Notes: generated from the sequence alone by a model not told the origin. 64,000 bases of DNA from an uncultured Bacteroidales bacterium (GCA_900315245.1 OMYJ01000003.1:32121-96120), one strand, 5' to 3'; positions 45,486 through 57,028 are shown, numbered from the stretch's first letter. A program made the numbers and translations.

Positions 45486-45536
45486 AACTCAGGTGCGGAA
45501 ACTAGATAAAAATATGCCGTTTCCGCACCTGAGTTT
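45486..45536. repeat. Inverted repeat AACTCAGGTGCGGAAAC-N16-GTTTCCGCACCTGAGTT (copy 2)
   Basis: Direct reading. It lies just downstream of the carbonic anhydrase stop. Confidence 0.85.
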
Positions 45537-45545
45537 GACATCATG

Positions 45546-46091
45546 TTATTTCCAAATCTCCTCCAACGCCCCCGTCTCCGAATCGATGATGAACCCTCGC
45601 ACCACGATGTCCTTCGGCACGAGCGGGTGCGTCCGGATGGTCTCGACGGTTTTGCGGACGGAGGTCGGGGTGTCCTTGAAGCCCTCTAACCAGTGGTTCA
45701 GGTCGATGCCGCATTGGCGGATGGTGGAGAGCGTTTCGTCCGTCACGCCGCGGGCGATCATCTCGTGGTGGAAGTGATCGTAGCTCATGTGACAGGCCCC
45801 GCAGTGCGAGTGCGCCACCACCATGATCTCCTCCACCCCGAGCTCGTAGATGGCCACAATCAGACTGCGCATCGCCGAGTCGAAGGCGGAGATCACCAGT
45901 CCGCCGGCGTTCTTGATGATCTTTGCGTCGCCGTTCTTCAGCCCGAGCGCGGCGGGCAGCAGCTCCGTCAGACGGGTGTCCATACACGACAGCACCGCCA
46001 ACTTCTTGTCGGGGTACTTGTCGGTGAGATACTTTTCGTAGCCCTTCTGCGCCACGAAGGTTTTGTTGTATTCGATGATTTGGTCGATCAT
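45546..46091 (-). CDS. Beta-class carbonic anhydrase
   Basis: ..KLAVLSCMDTRL..GDAKIIKNAGG..MVVAHSHCGA.. Confidence 0.85.
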   Translation of the reverse strand: MIDQIIEYNKTFVAQKGYEKYLTDKYPDKKLAVLSCMDTRLTELLPAALGLKNGDAKIIKNAGGLVISAFDSAMRSLIVAIYELGVEEIMVVAHSHCGACHMSYDHFHHEMIARGVTDETLSTIRQCGIDLNHWLEGFKDTPTSVRKTVETIRTHPLVPKDIVVRGFIIDSETGALEEIWK

Positions 46092-46221
46092 AATGCTTTA
46101 GAACAGAAAACGAAATGAATAGATACTCTTATTCCAACGAAATTGTACAGGCTGATTTCAAACACCTTTTTCTGACTTCACTGCACTCTTCGGCCATACT
46201 TTCTTTGCCCTTTTTTTAGAC

Positions 46222-46554
46222 TTAAAATATCGACACCTTTATTTTCTCCACAATCTGGTCGAAGTATGGCTGCTTGATACGGCTGATTTTACGCACTACA
46301 TCGCGTTCTATGTCTCCCATTATCAGCTGGCATTTCACATAGCTTTGTTTGCTTAATGGCTTTGTCAGCATCTCGTTGGAAAGGGTGAAACTATATTGCG
46401 GATTATAATCTTTCGACGAAATCATGCACAAATAGATATAGCCCTCGTTCTCCTGCAGTTCATTATTTGAAATAATTAACGCTGGATGGGGCTTGAGAGA
46501 ACCATCTGGGAACATAAAATTGACCTCAACGACATCACGCTGTTCGTATTTCAT
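46222..46554 (-). CDS. PemK/MazF-like type II toxin
   Basis: 110 aa: RDVVEVNFMFPDGSLKPHPALIIS..YLCMISS..VKCQLIMGDIERDVV. A small upstream partner is 6 nt away. Confidence 0.55.
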   Translation of the reverse strand: MKYEQRDVVEVNFMFPDGSLKPHPALIISNNELQENEGYIYLCMISSKDYNPQYSFTLSNEMLTKPLSKQSYVKCQLIMGDIERDVVRKISRIKQPYFDQIVEKIKVSIF

Positions 46555-46560
46555 AGGATG

Positions 46561-46770
46561 TTAGATTTTGTTTTCGTTCAACCAGCGAGCCATATTATTT
46601 CTTGATGTGCATAGGAAAGCTTGTCGTTCCTCTTCCGCTGTCCACTCGCGCTCTTTCGCCTCTTCTTGAGACTGCGAAATGTGAAACACGTCCCCTAACG
46701 AGCGTATCAACGCCACAACACTCTGCGCCACCTTACTGCGCCCATCGTAAGTTATTGTTAATGTTGCCAT
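46561..46770 (-). CDS. Putative antitoxin of the MazF-like toxin
   Basis: 69-aa ORF directly upstream of the toxin, with a -7 box CAAAAATA at 46792-46799. Confidence 0.4.
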   Translation of the reverse strand: MATLTITYDGRSKVAQSVVALIRSLGDVFHISQSQEEAKEREWTAEEERQAFLCTSRNNMARWLNENKI

Positions 46771-46860
46771 ATTTTATCTATTTTTATTCGGCAAAAATAC
46801 TAAAATATTTTGAACAGCAAAATAGTGTTTTTATCGTTTATTCAATCGTCTGACTGCTTA

Positions 46861-46961
46861 TCAAGGATTACAATACAACCCGTGACTACGGGCAATTTTG
46901 CTGATGGTCTCTTCAGGCAAGCGGTGCTGTTCATTCGCCAGAAAACCTTTTCGCTTAACAT
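46861..46961 (-). pseudogene. Internally deleted, frameshifted copy of the 186-aa gene 48082..48642
   Basis: MLSEKVFWRMNSTA (compare MLRDKVSKRMNSTN) is joined, out of frame, to RLPEETISKIARSHGLYCNP* (identical to the C-terminus of 48082..48642). Confidence 0.65.
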
Positions 46962-47036
46962 GCTACTTTGATCTTGATGATTCTTGTCCTTCGTAAGTTT
47001 GTTTTTTATATTGGTGGGGTTTCCCCTTGGATTACT

Positions 47037-47891
47037 TTATTCCACACGGCGATATTTAAATCTCCATCCAACATGTGTCGGTCCGTTATCTCCAAATTGA
47101 CGGTACATTGTTTCGGGAAGACCTTGATCGTTATATTCATATTCCCATATTTCGGGACCTTCACTAAAGCGTGTCATATTGTTTTTCGAGAGGTTGCGAA
47201 TATGTGCTGGATATGTAGTACCCATTTGAAAAATCGGTTCGTAGATAAAAGCATTGTCCATGTTAAAGTTTGGACGTGGTTTATTATCATATTCGAAATC
47301 CAAAGTACCGAAGTAAAACACCCCTGTTGGTTCGCCGACCAAATCTAATTCCGACGTGCGGTAACGTTCACGCACTACATTTCCGGCATCATCATATTCG
47401 AGGATGGCATATAATTCGTCACTGTAGGGTGAATAAATACTGTCAAGACGTCCATTATGGTAACCGTAGCAGGTAATATTGTCGCCATATTCCGTCCTTA
47501 CTAGACGATTTTTATTGTCATAATAGAACAATATATCGGGATGCCATAAGTGGTCGTCGGGGGTAACTGTTTGTATTATTCTGCTTACGTGACCGTTCTG
47601 ATACACAATGGAATCCACATACGTCGAATGTTTTACGCCAGGCCACTCCTCATACGTACAGTGGAGAGTCCTTTTAACAAGACGGTTGTTTTCGTCATAT
47701 TCATATGTGGCCTCATAATGGTTGTTTTCATCGCTGTACCGGGTGATTTCCTCAACAATATATCCAGTGCGATTTGCGGGCAAGGGCCACTCCTGTTCTG
47801 GCACGTCAGGAGTTGGGTCTGGTGTCGGATTGTCGGGGGTACAAGCCGCAAAGGCGAGCATTGCCAAGCACATCATCAGCATCTTTTTCAT
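47037..47891 (-). CDS. Hypothetical lipoprotein with YD-like repeats
   Basis: Lipobox LAMLAFAACT, with repeated Y.YD..NRLV motifs (YEYDENNRLVKR, YYDNKNRLVRTEY, LEYDDAGNVVRERY). Confidence 0.55.
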   Translation of the reverse strand: MKKMLMMCLAMLAFAACTPDNPTPDPTPDVPEQEWPLPANRTGYIVEEITRYSDENNHYEATYEYDENNRLVKRTLHCTYEEWPGVKHSTYVDSIVYQNGHVSRIIQTVTPDDHLWHPDILFYYDNKNRLVRTEYGDNITCYGYHNGRLDSIYSPYSDELYAILEYDDAGNVVRERYRTSELDLVGEPTGVFYFGTLDFEYDNKPRPNFNMDNAFIYEPIFQMGTTYPAHIRNLSKNNMTRFSEGPEIWEYEYNDQGLPETMYRQFGDNGPTHVGWRFKYRRVE

Positions 47892-48081
47892 AGCATTAAT
47901 TATTGGTTTATAACTATATTAACGAAACATACTGTCATTTCTGTTTCTTTTTTAAGATTTCGACTGCAAAGATACACTTTTTCCAACGAGCAATCATCAT
48001 TTCACTGCATTTTTCCAACGTTTATCCGATAATACCTCTTCCTGATCACCACGATTCGCACTTATTCAATTTTCAAACTGA

Positions 48082-48642
48082 TTATCGCGGATTACAATAC
48101 AATCCGTGACTACGGGCAATTTTGCTGATGGTCTCTTCCGGCAAGCGGCTATGAAAATGAAGGTAATAGTCATATCCGACATCCACTTGCACTTTTTTAG
48201 CCTCGTTTACCATTGCACACCAGAACAATTCCCTCAAACAAGCTTTCAAAACCGTATCTATCTTGGAAGCTGCTATACGTTGCCCCTCTTTCAAAGAGGA
48301 TACAATCTGATAGATAGCTTTATTCTCTTTGTTGAACGCCTTTGATCGACGCCAATAAAAAGTGTTTGGTTCAACAATCGTTAAGAACTTGACACCCGAC
48401 ACTTCCAAAAGTTCTTTTACGGTATCAACGTATGCGGACTCAACTCTCAGATATTCCTCCTTGGTCAACACCTCCCCGTCAAAGCTTCTCCCGATGTCGC
48501 TAACAGATATCCACTCGTTTTTGGTATAAACACGATCCTTATAGTATTGAGGTTGGTACTTGACAATCTCACAGCCGTATTTTATGAACGGGCTGTTAAG
48601 ATTCGTGCTGTTCATTCGCTTGGAAACCTTGTCGCGTAGCAT
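48082..48642 (-). CDS. Hypothetical protein (186 aa)
   Basis: Intact ORF with a -7 box at 48690-48697. I recognise no family. Confidence 0.5.
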   Translation of the reverse strand: MLRDKVSKRMNSTNLNSPFIKYGCEIVKYQPQYYKDRVYTKNEWISVSDIGRSFDGEVLTKEEYLRVESAYVDTVKELLEVSGVKFLTIVEPNTFYWRRSKAFNKENKAIYQIVSSLKEGQRIAASKIDTVLKACLRELFWCAMVNEAKKVQVDVGYDYYLHFHSRLPEETISKIARSHGLYCNPR

Positions 48643-48767
48643 ATTACTTTGATTTTATGATTCTTGTTCTTGGTAAGGTTTTACTGGTGCAAAAATAGAA
48701 AAATATCATATACAAACTGTTTGTAGCTCGTGAGGTGCCTCGGATAGGCGATACGTACGCAGGGAAG

Positions 48768-48882
48768 GTCGCATCTCTCCGAGATGCTTACTCTGACTGT
48801 GCCTGTCTGTCACCACACTACGCGCTATCGCGCTTGTATGGTGTTAATTGCGCCTGTCGGCGCGTCTCATGCCTCCGGCATG
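48768..48882 (+). repeat. REP-like multi-hairpin element, copy 1
   Basis: gtcGCATCTCtccGAGATGCt...cacactacgcgc..ttgtatggtgttaattGCGCCtgtcGGCGCgtctCATGCCtccGGCATG. Confidence 0.85.
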
Positions 48883-48967
48883 ATGCCGTTGTCGATGCAA
48901 AGTACTTCTTAACGTGAAATCACCCTCACGAGGATGCTTTGTATTATCAGCAAATCTATTTCAGTCA

Positions 48968-49076
48968 TCGCCTCGGAGAGGCGATACGCACGCAGTGCAA
49001 TTAACACCATACAAGCGTAGCGCAGTGTGGTGAAAACGGATGCGCACGCGCTATGAGCATCTCGGAGAGATGCGAC
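48968..49076 (-). repeat. REP-like element, copy 2 (inverted), 74 nt upstream of the RAYT gene
   Basis: The reverse complement matches copies 1 and 3 (gtcgcatctctccgagatgc ... ttgtatggtgttaattgc). Confidence 0.85.
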
Positions 49077-49149
49077 TGACACAATAATCCGACCATCTTT
49101 CCGTTACTGTCATATTGTAAACAAAATAACAATAACTATAAACAAAATT

Positions 49150-49599
49150 ATGAGTTATACACAGACATCCTATCACATCATCCTCCGCACACACTGCAGC
49201 ATTCCTGCCATAGTTGAGGACCACGAACGAGAGTTATACTCTTATATGCTCGGTTTTATCAACAACAAGGGAGCCCACCTCTATCGTATCGGCGGTATGC
49301 CCGACCACGTGCATCTTTTCGTATCTCTACCTGCAACTATGGCAATGTCAAAGTTTGTACAAGAACTAAAAGTTTCCACCAGCAAGTGGCTTAAGGAAAA
49401 CATTCATTTTCCGCTTTTTGATGGATGGACAAAAGAGTATGCAGGTTTTTCATACAATCTGCGCGATAAAGATAAGATCGTGAAGTATATCGCCAAGCAG
49501 AAAGAGCACCATCGTCACGTGACATTTGCCGAAGAGTATAGGCAATTCCTTATCGAGAACGGCGTTGAGATTAAGGAGGAGTATTTTCTCAAGGACTGA
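49150..49599 (+). CDS. IS200/IS605-family Y1 transposase, REP-associated (RAYT-like)
   Basis: YHIILRT..MPDHVHLFVSL (HUH) ... KYIAKQKEHH (Tyr motif). Inverted REP-like copies flank it. Confidence 0.8.
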   Translation: MSYTQTSYHIILRTHCSIPAIVEDHERELYSYMLGFINNKGAHLYRIGGMPDHVHLFVSLPATMAMSKFVQELKVSTSKWLKENIHFPLFDGWTKEYAGFSYNLRDKDKIVKYIAKQKEHHRHVTFAEEYRQFLIENGVEIKEEYFLKD

Positions 49600-49601
49600 T
49601 A

Positions 49602-49711
49602 GTCGCATCTCTTCGAGATGCTTGCTCTGACCGACCCCGTCCACCACCACACTGCGCTTTGCTTGTATGGTGTTAATTGCACCTGTTGGTACGTCTCATG
49701 CCTCCGGCATG
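49602..49711 (+). repeat. REP-like element, copy 3, starting 3 nt after the RAYT stop
   Basis: gtcgcatctcttcgagatgcttgctctgacc...ttgtatggtgttaattgcacctgttggtacgtctcatgcctccggcatg. Confidence 0.85.
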
Positions 49712-49969
49712 GCATTCTGTACAACGTTGAATACTCTACAAAACCAACTTTCTACAGCGGTGAGACGGGCGTAGTCGTTCTACCTTTCCTTCTCGATGTT
49801 CTCCAGCTGCCGCCTTATCACACGCTCGCTCCTGTTCGATGGTTTCTTTTTGCTGTTGAAAAATAGTCCATTATGTTGTTTAAATGGTATATCTCTTGAA
49901 TGAACATACTTCTCATTTCTATTTTGGCGGCAAAAGTAAGAAATTGTTGCGCACGGAACTCCCGCCCCC

Positions 49970-51085
49970 TCACTCACTGTAATTATGGTCCACCACGACC
50001 ACCACTTGCATCTCCGGCACCAAGGGCTGTATCTCGGCGGTGAGCTGCGCGGTGAGGACGGCGTCATCGTGGACGGAGATGTCGGGCACCACATCGACAG
50101 AAAGCATCTTGTCGCGCTCCGAATAGTAGAAGCCGTGTACCTGCACAATCTCTTTGTGGGCGGACAACGTCTGTATCACCTGCGTCTGCAATTCGGACAT
50201 CCGGTTCTCGCCGGTGGCGATGGCATAAACGCCGACGGTCATAATGATGCCGTGCCGCACAAACATCTGCGTGGAAATCTTGCGCGTGAGCCCGTGAATG
50301 TCGTGCGCCGACATCGTGTCATAGACGCTGACGTGCAGCGAGCCGATCTTCACGTCGGGACCGTAGTTGTGGAGGATGAGGTCATACACCCCGTGTACGC
50401 CCTCGAACTCGCTGACCTCCTGCTTGATCTGGGAGGTGAGCTCCGCCGGGATGCTGGTGCCCAACAGTTCGTTGACGGGCGAGGCGAGCATCTCGATACC
50501 GGCCTTGATGATAACCAATGAGATAAGCGCGCCGAGATATCCGTCGATGGAGACGTTCCACAGCAGCATGATGCCTGCCGACACAAGCGTGGCCAAGGTG
50601 ATGATGGCATCGAACAGCGCGTCGGAGCCGGAGGCAATCAGCGCGTCGCTCTTCAGCTGCGTGCCCTTGCGTTTCACGAACAGCCCCAACACAATCTTCA
50701 CCGCGATGGCCACCACGATGACCACGAGCGTCACCGTCGTGTAGCTTGGCTCCGTGGGGTGGAAAATCTTCTTCACCGACTCGATGAGCGAGGTGATGCC
50801 CGCCGAAAGCACGATGACGGCGATGATGATGGCGCTGAAATACTCGATGCGCCCGAAGCCGAAGGGATGCTTGCGGTCGGCGGGACGCTGCGAGAGCTTC
50901 GTGCCCACGATGGTGATGACGCTCGACAGCGCGTCGCTGAGGTTGTTGACGGCGTCCATCACGATGGCCACACTGCTGGCCACGATGCCGACACCGGCCT
51001 TGAAAGCCGCCAAAAGCACGTTGGCAGCGATTCCGATCCAACTGGTGCGGATAATCTGTGTACTGCGATCGGGTTGATTACTCAT
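49970..51085 (-). CDS. Cation diffusion facilitator (CDF) family metal efflux transporter
   Basis: ..WIGIAANVLLAAFKAGVGI..SVAIVMDAVNNLSDALSS.. and a C-terminal cytoplasmic domain. Confidence 0.85.
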   Translation of the reverse strand: MSNQPDRSTQIIRTSWIGIAANVLLAAFKAGVGIVASSVAIVMDAVNNLSDALSSVITIVGTKLSQRPADRKHPFGFGRIEYFSAIIIAVIVLSAGITSLIESVKKIFHPTEPSYTTVTLVVIVVAIAVKIVLGLFVKRKGTQLKSDALIASGSDALFDAIITLATLVSAGIMLLWNVSIDGYLGALISLVIIKAGIEMLASPVNELLGTSIPAELTSQIKQEVSEFEGVHGVYDLILHNYGPDVKIGSLHVSVYDTMSAHDIHGLTRKISTQMFVRHGIIMTVGVYAIATGENRMSELQTQVIQTLSAHKEIVQVHGFYYSERDKMLSVDVVPDISVHDDAVLTAQLTAEIQPLVPEMQVVVVVDHNYSE

Positions 51086-51190
51086 TTGAGGGCTGATTTT
51101 GCTTAATGACTCAAAATGCGATTATTACTTGAATTTGTCCAACGTGAAAAATTTCCGCGCCGATCCACACGATACGCGGAGACACTTGAT

Positions 51191-51907
51191 TTACGCCCAC
51201 TCGAAATTTCCTTCCCCCGCGCCGATCTCGAAGTGGCATTTGGCGATGCCGAGGTCGAGTTTGGCATAGCCGATGAGGGAGAACTTCGCCTTGGCCTCCA
51301 CGCGGTTGCCATCATGCAGGGCAAACACGAACTTCTGCTGGTTCACGGCCGTGGGTGCCAACAATGCTGCCTCCACGCCACGCCCGAACCACGCGGGGAA
51401 GGGCTTTCCGTGGTCGGCGGTGCGACGGTCTTCTGTTACGTCAGCGATGGTCCGTTTCTGCGGGTGCTGCACGCCTTGCGTGGCCCCGTAGCCGAGCGAC
51501 ACCACGCACACTAAAGTTTCGCCATCCCACACAGTATATTGGTCGGGTTGCTTGCGGAAGGTGAGTCCCACCCAGCAGGTGTTCAGCCCGAGCGTTTGCG
51601 CCAACAGGATCACCTTCTCGCCGTAGTAGCCGAGTTTCTCGTCATCGCCCTTCTTGCAGATCATGGCGATGTAGTTGCGCACGCCGCGGAACTTGCCATA
51701 CTTGGCCATTCCGCCGGCAAAGGCGTTGTGCTCCTCTGTCACTAACTGTATGTGCAGCCCAGCCTCGCGGTTGCACTCGTCGATGAGGGTTTGCAATTGC
51801 TGGACTTTCTCCGCCTCGATGGGCTTTTCAATGTATTGCCGCACACTGTGGCGGGCAACGATGGCTTCTTGTAAGGTCATATTGGTTTCAGTAGTATTCA
51901 TATTCAT
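51191..51907 (-). CDS. Nitroreductase-family protein
   Basis: LQEAIVARHSVRQYIEKPIE.. and ..LLAPTAVNQQKF.. Confidence 0.75.
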   Translation of the reverse strand: MNMNTTETNMTLQEAIVARHSVRQYIEKPIEAEKVQQLQTLIDECNREAGLHIQLVTEEHNAFAGGMAKYGKFRGVRNYIAMICKKGDDEKLGYYGEKVILLAQTLGLNTCWVGLTFRKQPDQYTVWDGETLVCVVSLGYGATQGVQHPQKRTIADVTEDRRTADHGKPFPAWFGRGVEAALLAPTAVNQQKFVFALHDGNRVEAKAKFSLIGYAKLDLGIAKCHFEIGAGEGNFEWA

Positions 51908-52055
51908 TTGGATTTATGTTCTTTTCAATGTTTTCGGAATTATCTCATAAAACGTAGCAAGGGATAACTTTTTCATTTCTTTTATAACCACTCAATATTC
52001 CTTTTCACGGCAACAATTTCGAATTTTATCTCGACAAAGTATTTGTCAGGATGAC

Positions 52056-52361
52056 CTACTCGTCCATTAGCACCTCCAAATAGAAGCTCACCGGCCGGAA
52101 CCCGTCGTTGCAGCTGATCATGGCGGAGTGCGGGTTCTTCATCCAGCCGTCGTAGAAGTTGCCGCGGCCGGCAGCCAGTTCCTGCACGAACCACCGCATC
52201 GACTCCCACGCGCTGTCACACATCCCCTCGGGTTGCGCACCGTCCACTGAAATCCACATCTGCCCCTCCTGCACGTCGCACGCGTGCTCGATGGGGTTCT
52301 CGAACCGCGCCTGCAAATCGCGGTAGTCCGCCTTCCGTATGGCTGTGATCTTGATATTCAT
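52056..52361 (-). CDS. TIGR04076-family small protein
   Basis: 101 aa: ..CDVQEGQMWIS..PEGMCDSAWESM.. with a -7 box CAAAAGTA at 52382-52389. The family call is from memory. Confidence 0.55.
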   Translation of the reverse strand: MNIKITAIRKADYRDLQARFENPIEHACDVQEGQMWISVDGAQPEGMCDSAWESMRWFVQELAAGRGNFYDGWMKNPHSAMISCNDGFRPVSFYLEVLMDE

Positions 52362-52529
52362 GATGATGATAATTCAGGTCGCAAAAGTACATTTTTTATC
52401 TCCACGGATCGCGCGGATCTTCGCGTATATTTTTCAGAGAAAATGTTCCTCCTGATTTTTTATACGTGTGGATACGTGTGATACGCGGAGATAAACAAAA
52501 AATGGGAGCAGGTCCAAATCCCCACTCCC

Positions 52530-52551
52530 ATTATCAATTATCAATTATCAA

Positions 52552-52558
<7 letters not shown>
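52530..52558. repeat. Heptamer repeat ATTATCA x3 plus a degenerate fourth unit that contains the mutase stop codon
   Basis: attatcaattatcaattatcaattactca. The stop is at 52552-52554. Confidence 0.85.
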
Positions 52559-54699
<2,141 letters not shown>

Positions 54700-54732
54700 A
54701 TTAACTTTTTTCTTTTGATATTAATGAGGCTG

Positions 54733-54740
54733 CAAAAGTA
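54733..54740 (-). promoter_or_regulatory. -7 box (CAAAAGTA on the + strand) for the mutase gene
   Basis: ggctgcaaaagtacaaa, 34 nt upstream of the ATG at 54699. Confidence 0.5.
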
Positions 54741-54820
54741 CAAAAAATATTCGCTTGCGCACTGATTTTTTTTCTTCGAGCGCCACAGTTCACCATTCAC
54801 TAATCACTGCTCACTAATCA

Positions 54821-54848
54821 CGATTCACGATTCACGATTCACGATTCA
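54821..54848. repeat. Heptamer repeat CGATTCA x4 in the divergent promoter region
   Basis: cacgattcacgattcacgattcacgattcaca, preceded by the related words ttcaccattcactaatcactgctcactaatca. Confidence 0.9.
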
Positions 54849-54865
54849 CAAATCGCAAAAAAATG

Positions 54866-54873
54866 TACTTTTG
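54866..54873 (+). promoter_or_regulatory. -7 box TACTTTTG for the DUF819 gene
   Basis: aatgtacttttgcc, 29 nt upstream of the ATG at 54902. Confidence 0.5.
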
Positions 54874-54901
54874 CCACTTCAAATTTTAAAACAGAAACCC
54901 T

Positions 54902-56074
54902 ATGGTTACAACTCTTACCATTATCGGATATTTCATCGTTCCCATTCTCATCATCTTGATATTCAACAAGTACAGATGGGCGAGAAGCATCGGCACCGTC
55001 ATTATGGCGTATGCCGTCGGCATCATCGCGGCGCTGATCGGATTCCTGCCTACGGGCACGGAACCCGGCGCGGAAGCCCTCGAGTCGATGCAGAAGACGC
55101 TCATGAACGTCGCGGTGCCCTTGGCCATTCCGCTGATGCTCTTCAACTCCGACTTCAAACTGTGGACCAAGTCGTTGCCGAAGACCATGGCGGTGCTCCT
55201 CGGTGGTTTAGTCTCCATCCTGATTGCCGTCGTGTCGGGCTACTTCCTCTTCCGCAACGCCGGCATTCCGCAGTTCGACCGGGTGGCGGCCATGATGACC
55301 GGCATCTACACCGGCGGCACCATGAACTTCTCCGCTTTGGGCACTATGCTCGAAGTCGATCCGTCGCTCATCACCCTGACGCTCACCTTCGAGGAAATCG
55401 CCACCTTCCCGTTCATCGTCTTCATCGTGGCGGGCGGCTACAAATTCTTCCGCTGGCTGCTGCCCGCGAAAGAATCTGACGACACCGTGGCCGAAGACAC
55501 AAAAAACGTTGATGCCGAGAGTTTCGAAAACTACCGCGGTATGCTTCAACCAAAAACCTTCGGGAAGATGATGCTCGGGTTCCTGCTCTCCCTCGGCATG
55601 TTAGCCGTTGGCGCGGGCCTCTCTCTGCTCATCACCCACAAGCTCAACGAGCTCATCGTCATCCTGACCATCACCACCCTCGCCATCGCCGCCTCCTTCA
55701 GCCCGAAGGTGCGCGCCCTGCCCAAAACCTTCGAGTTAGGCATGTTCTTCATCCTGATATTCAGCGTGGTGGTGGCCTCCAAGTTCGACATCCACGCCCT
55801 CAAGGGTTCGCTGCAGATTCTCTGGTTCATCCTCTTCGTGATGATCACCTCCATCATCCTGCACGTCATCATCTGCAAGATTTTCAAAGTGGAGGGCGAC
55901 CTCTTCACCGTGGGTCACATCAGCCTGCTCTGCTCGCCGCCGTTCGTGCCGCCCATCGTGGAGGCCCTCGGCAACCGCAAAGTGCTCCTCAGCGGTATCG
56001 TCATCGGCCTCGCCGGTTACGCAGCAGGGAACTATTTGGGGGTGCTGATCGCGTGGATGCTGGGAGCGTTCTAA
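54902..56074 (+). CDS. DUF819-family integral membrane protein
   Basis: 390 aa and polytopic: ..IGTVIMAYAVGIIAALIGFLP.. The family call is from memory. Confidence 0.6.
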   Translation: MVTTLTIIGYFIVPILIILIFNKYRWARSIGTVIMAYAVGIIAALIGFLPTGTEPGAEALESMQKTLMNVAVPLAIPLMLFNSDFKLWTKSLPKTMAVLLGGLVSILIAVVSGYFLFRNAGIPQFDRVAAMMTGIYTGGTMNFSALGTMLEVDPSLITLTLTFEEIATFPFIVFIVAGGYKFFRWLLPAKESDDTVAEDTKNVDAESFENYRGMLQPKTFGKMMLGFLLSLGMLAVGAGLSLLITHKLNELIVILTITTLAIAASFSPKVRALPKTFELGMFFILIFSVVVASKFDIHALKGSLQILWFILFVMITSIILHVIICKIFKVEGDLFTVGHISLLCSPPFVPPIVEALGNRKVLLSGIVIGLAGYAAGNYLGVLIAWMLGAF

Positions 56075-56227
56075 TGTAGAATGATGAATGCTGAATTATG
56101 AATGTAGAATAATTAACGACGAATGATTGACTAATCCTAAATAACCTTATAGGTTTATCAGGTGAATAATCGAGTTGTTCAAAACAAAAAACGTATATTC
56201 TCGCACTTTCTTTCAGTTTTTAATCTT

Positions 56228-57028
56228 ATGATCAAAAAATTCCTTTTCGTAATCGTGTTCCTTGCCCTGACATACCCCTGTTTGCCTCAGGGCAGCACAC
56301 CAAAAGCGCCTGACCCCGTTGTCTTTATAGGAAACGGGGAAGCCATTCAACAAGGTTATGAGATACGTCAAGGTGAGAAACTCAAAATCAGCACAGTGGA
56401 CAACGAGTCGTCCGACCCACACTGGAAAATTCTCAGCTACAGGATAAAAATCATCAAACAGGGAGACATTACCATTGACGAGGTCTGCCTTGGGGATTCC
56501 CTCAACAGCAGAATTGTGCAACTTATCCATGAACTTCCAACCTATTCGACCGTGGTTTTCCATAACATCATCGCAACCTCGGAAGTCGGGGCTCGCTGGC
56601 TTAAAGGTTTCGCCGTTGTCATTGACAACACCTGGGATGATGTCATTCCCGATGGCCCTGATGACCCCTACTGGGACAATGACGGCATCCCTACTGGCCC
56701 TGATGATGACGACCCGCCGATGTTGTTTACCGAAGAGGAGCCTGAGTTTCCGGGAGGGATGGAGGCTCTAAAAACCTTTCTCCATAAGGAGACCCATTAT
56801 CCGGCTGAGGCAAAAGAGCAAGGGGTTGTCGGAAATGTCTATGTGAATTTTGTAGTTGAACGCGACGGTAGCATTTCCAATCCGAAAGTCGTGGGACGAT
56901 TATTCCCGCAATGCGATGAGGAAGCTGTCCGTGTCATTATGTCCATGCCAAAATGGACACCAGGCAAAAACATGGGCAAACTTGTCAGAACACGTTTTTT
57001 GTTAGCTGTCCCTTTTGAATTGCCTTGA
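56228..57028 (+). CDS. TonB-family C-terminal domain protein
   Basis: Start trimmed to MIKKFLFVIVFLAL. C-terminus: EEEPEFPGGMEALKTFLHKETHYPAEAKEQGVVGNVYVNFVVERDGSISNPKVV. Confidence 0.75.
   Translation: MIKKFLFVIVFLALTYPCLPQGSTPKAPDPVVFIGNGEAIQQGYEIRQGEKLKISTVDNESSDPHWKILSYRIKIIKQGDITIDEVCLGDSLNSRIVQLIHELPTYSTVVFHNIIATSEVGARWLKGFAVVIDNTWDDVIPDGPDDPYWDNDGIPTGPDDDDPPMLFTEEEPEFPGGMEALKTFLHKETHYPAEAKEQGVVGNVYVNFVVERDGSISNPKVVGRLFPQCDEEAVRVIMSMPKWTPGKNMGKLVRTRFLLAVPFELP

Noticed and set aside
52501-52530. Rho-independent terminator after the mutase gene (gggag...ctccc followed by a T-run on the minus strand)
   Set aside because: The stem is only 5 bp, with a 16-nt loop. That is too weak to call a terminator without experimental 3'-end data.
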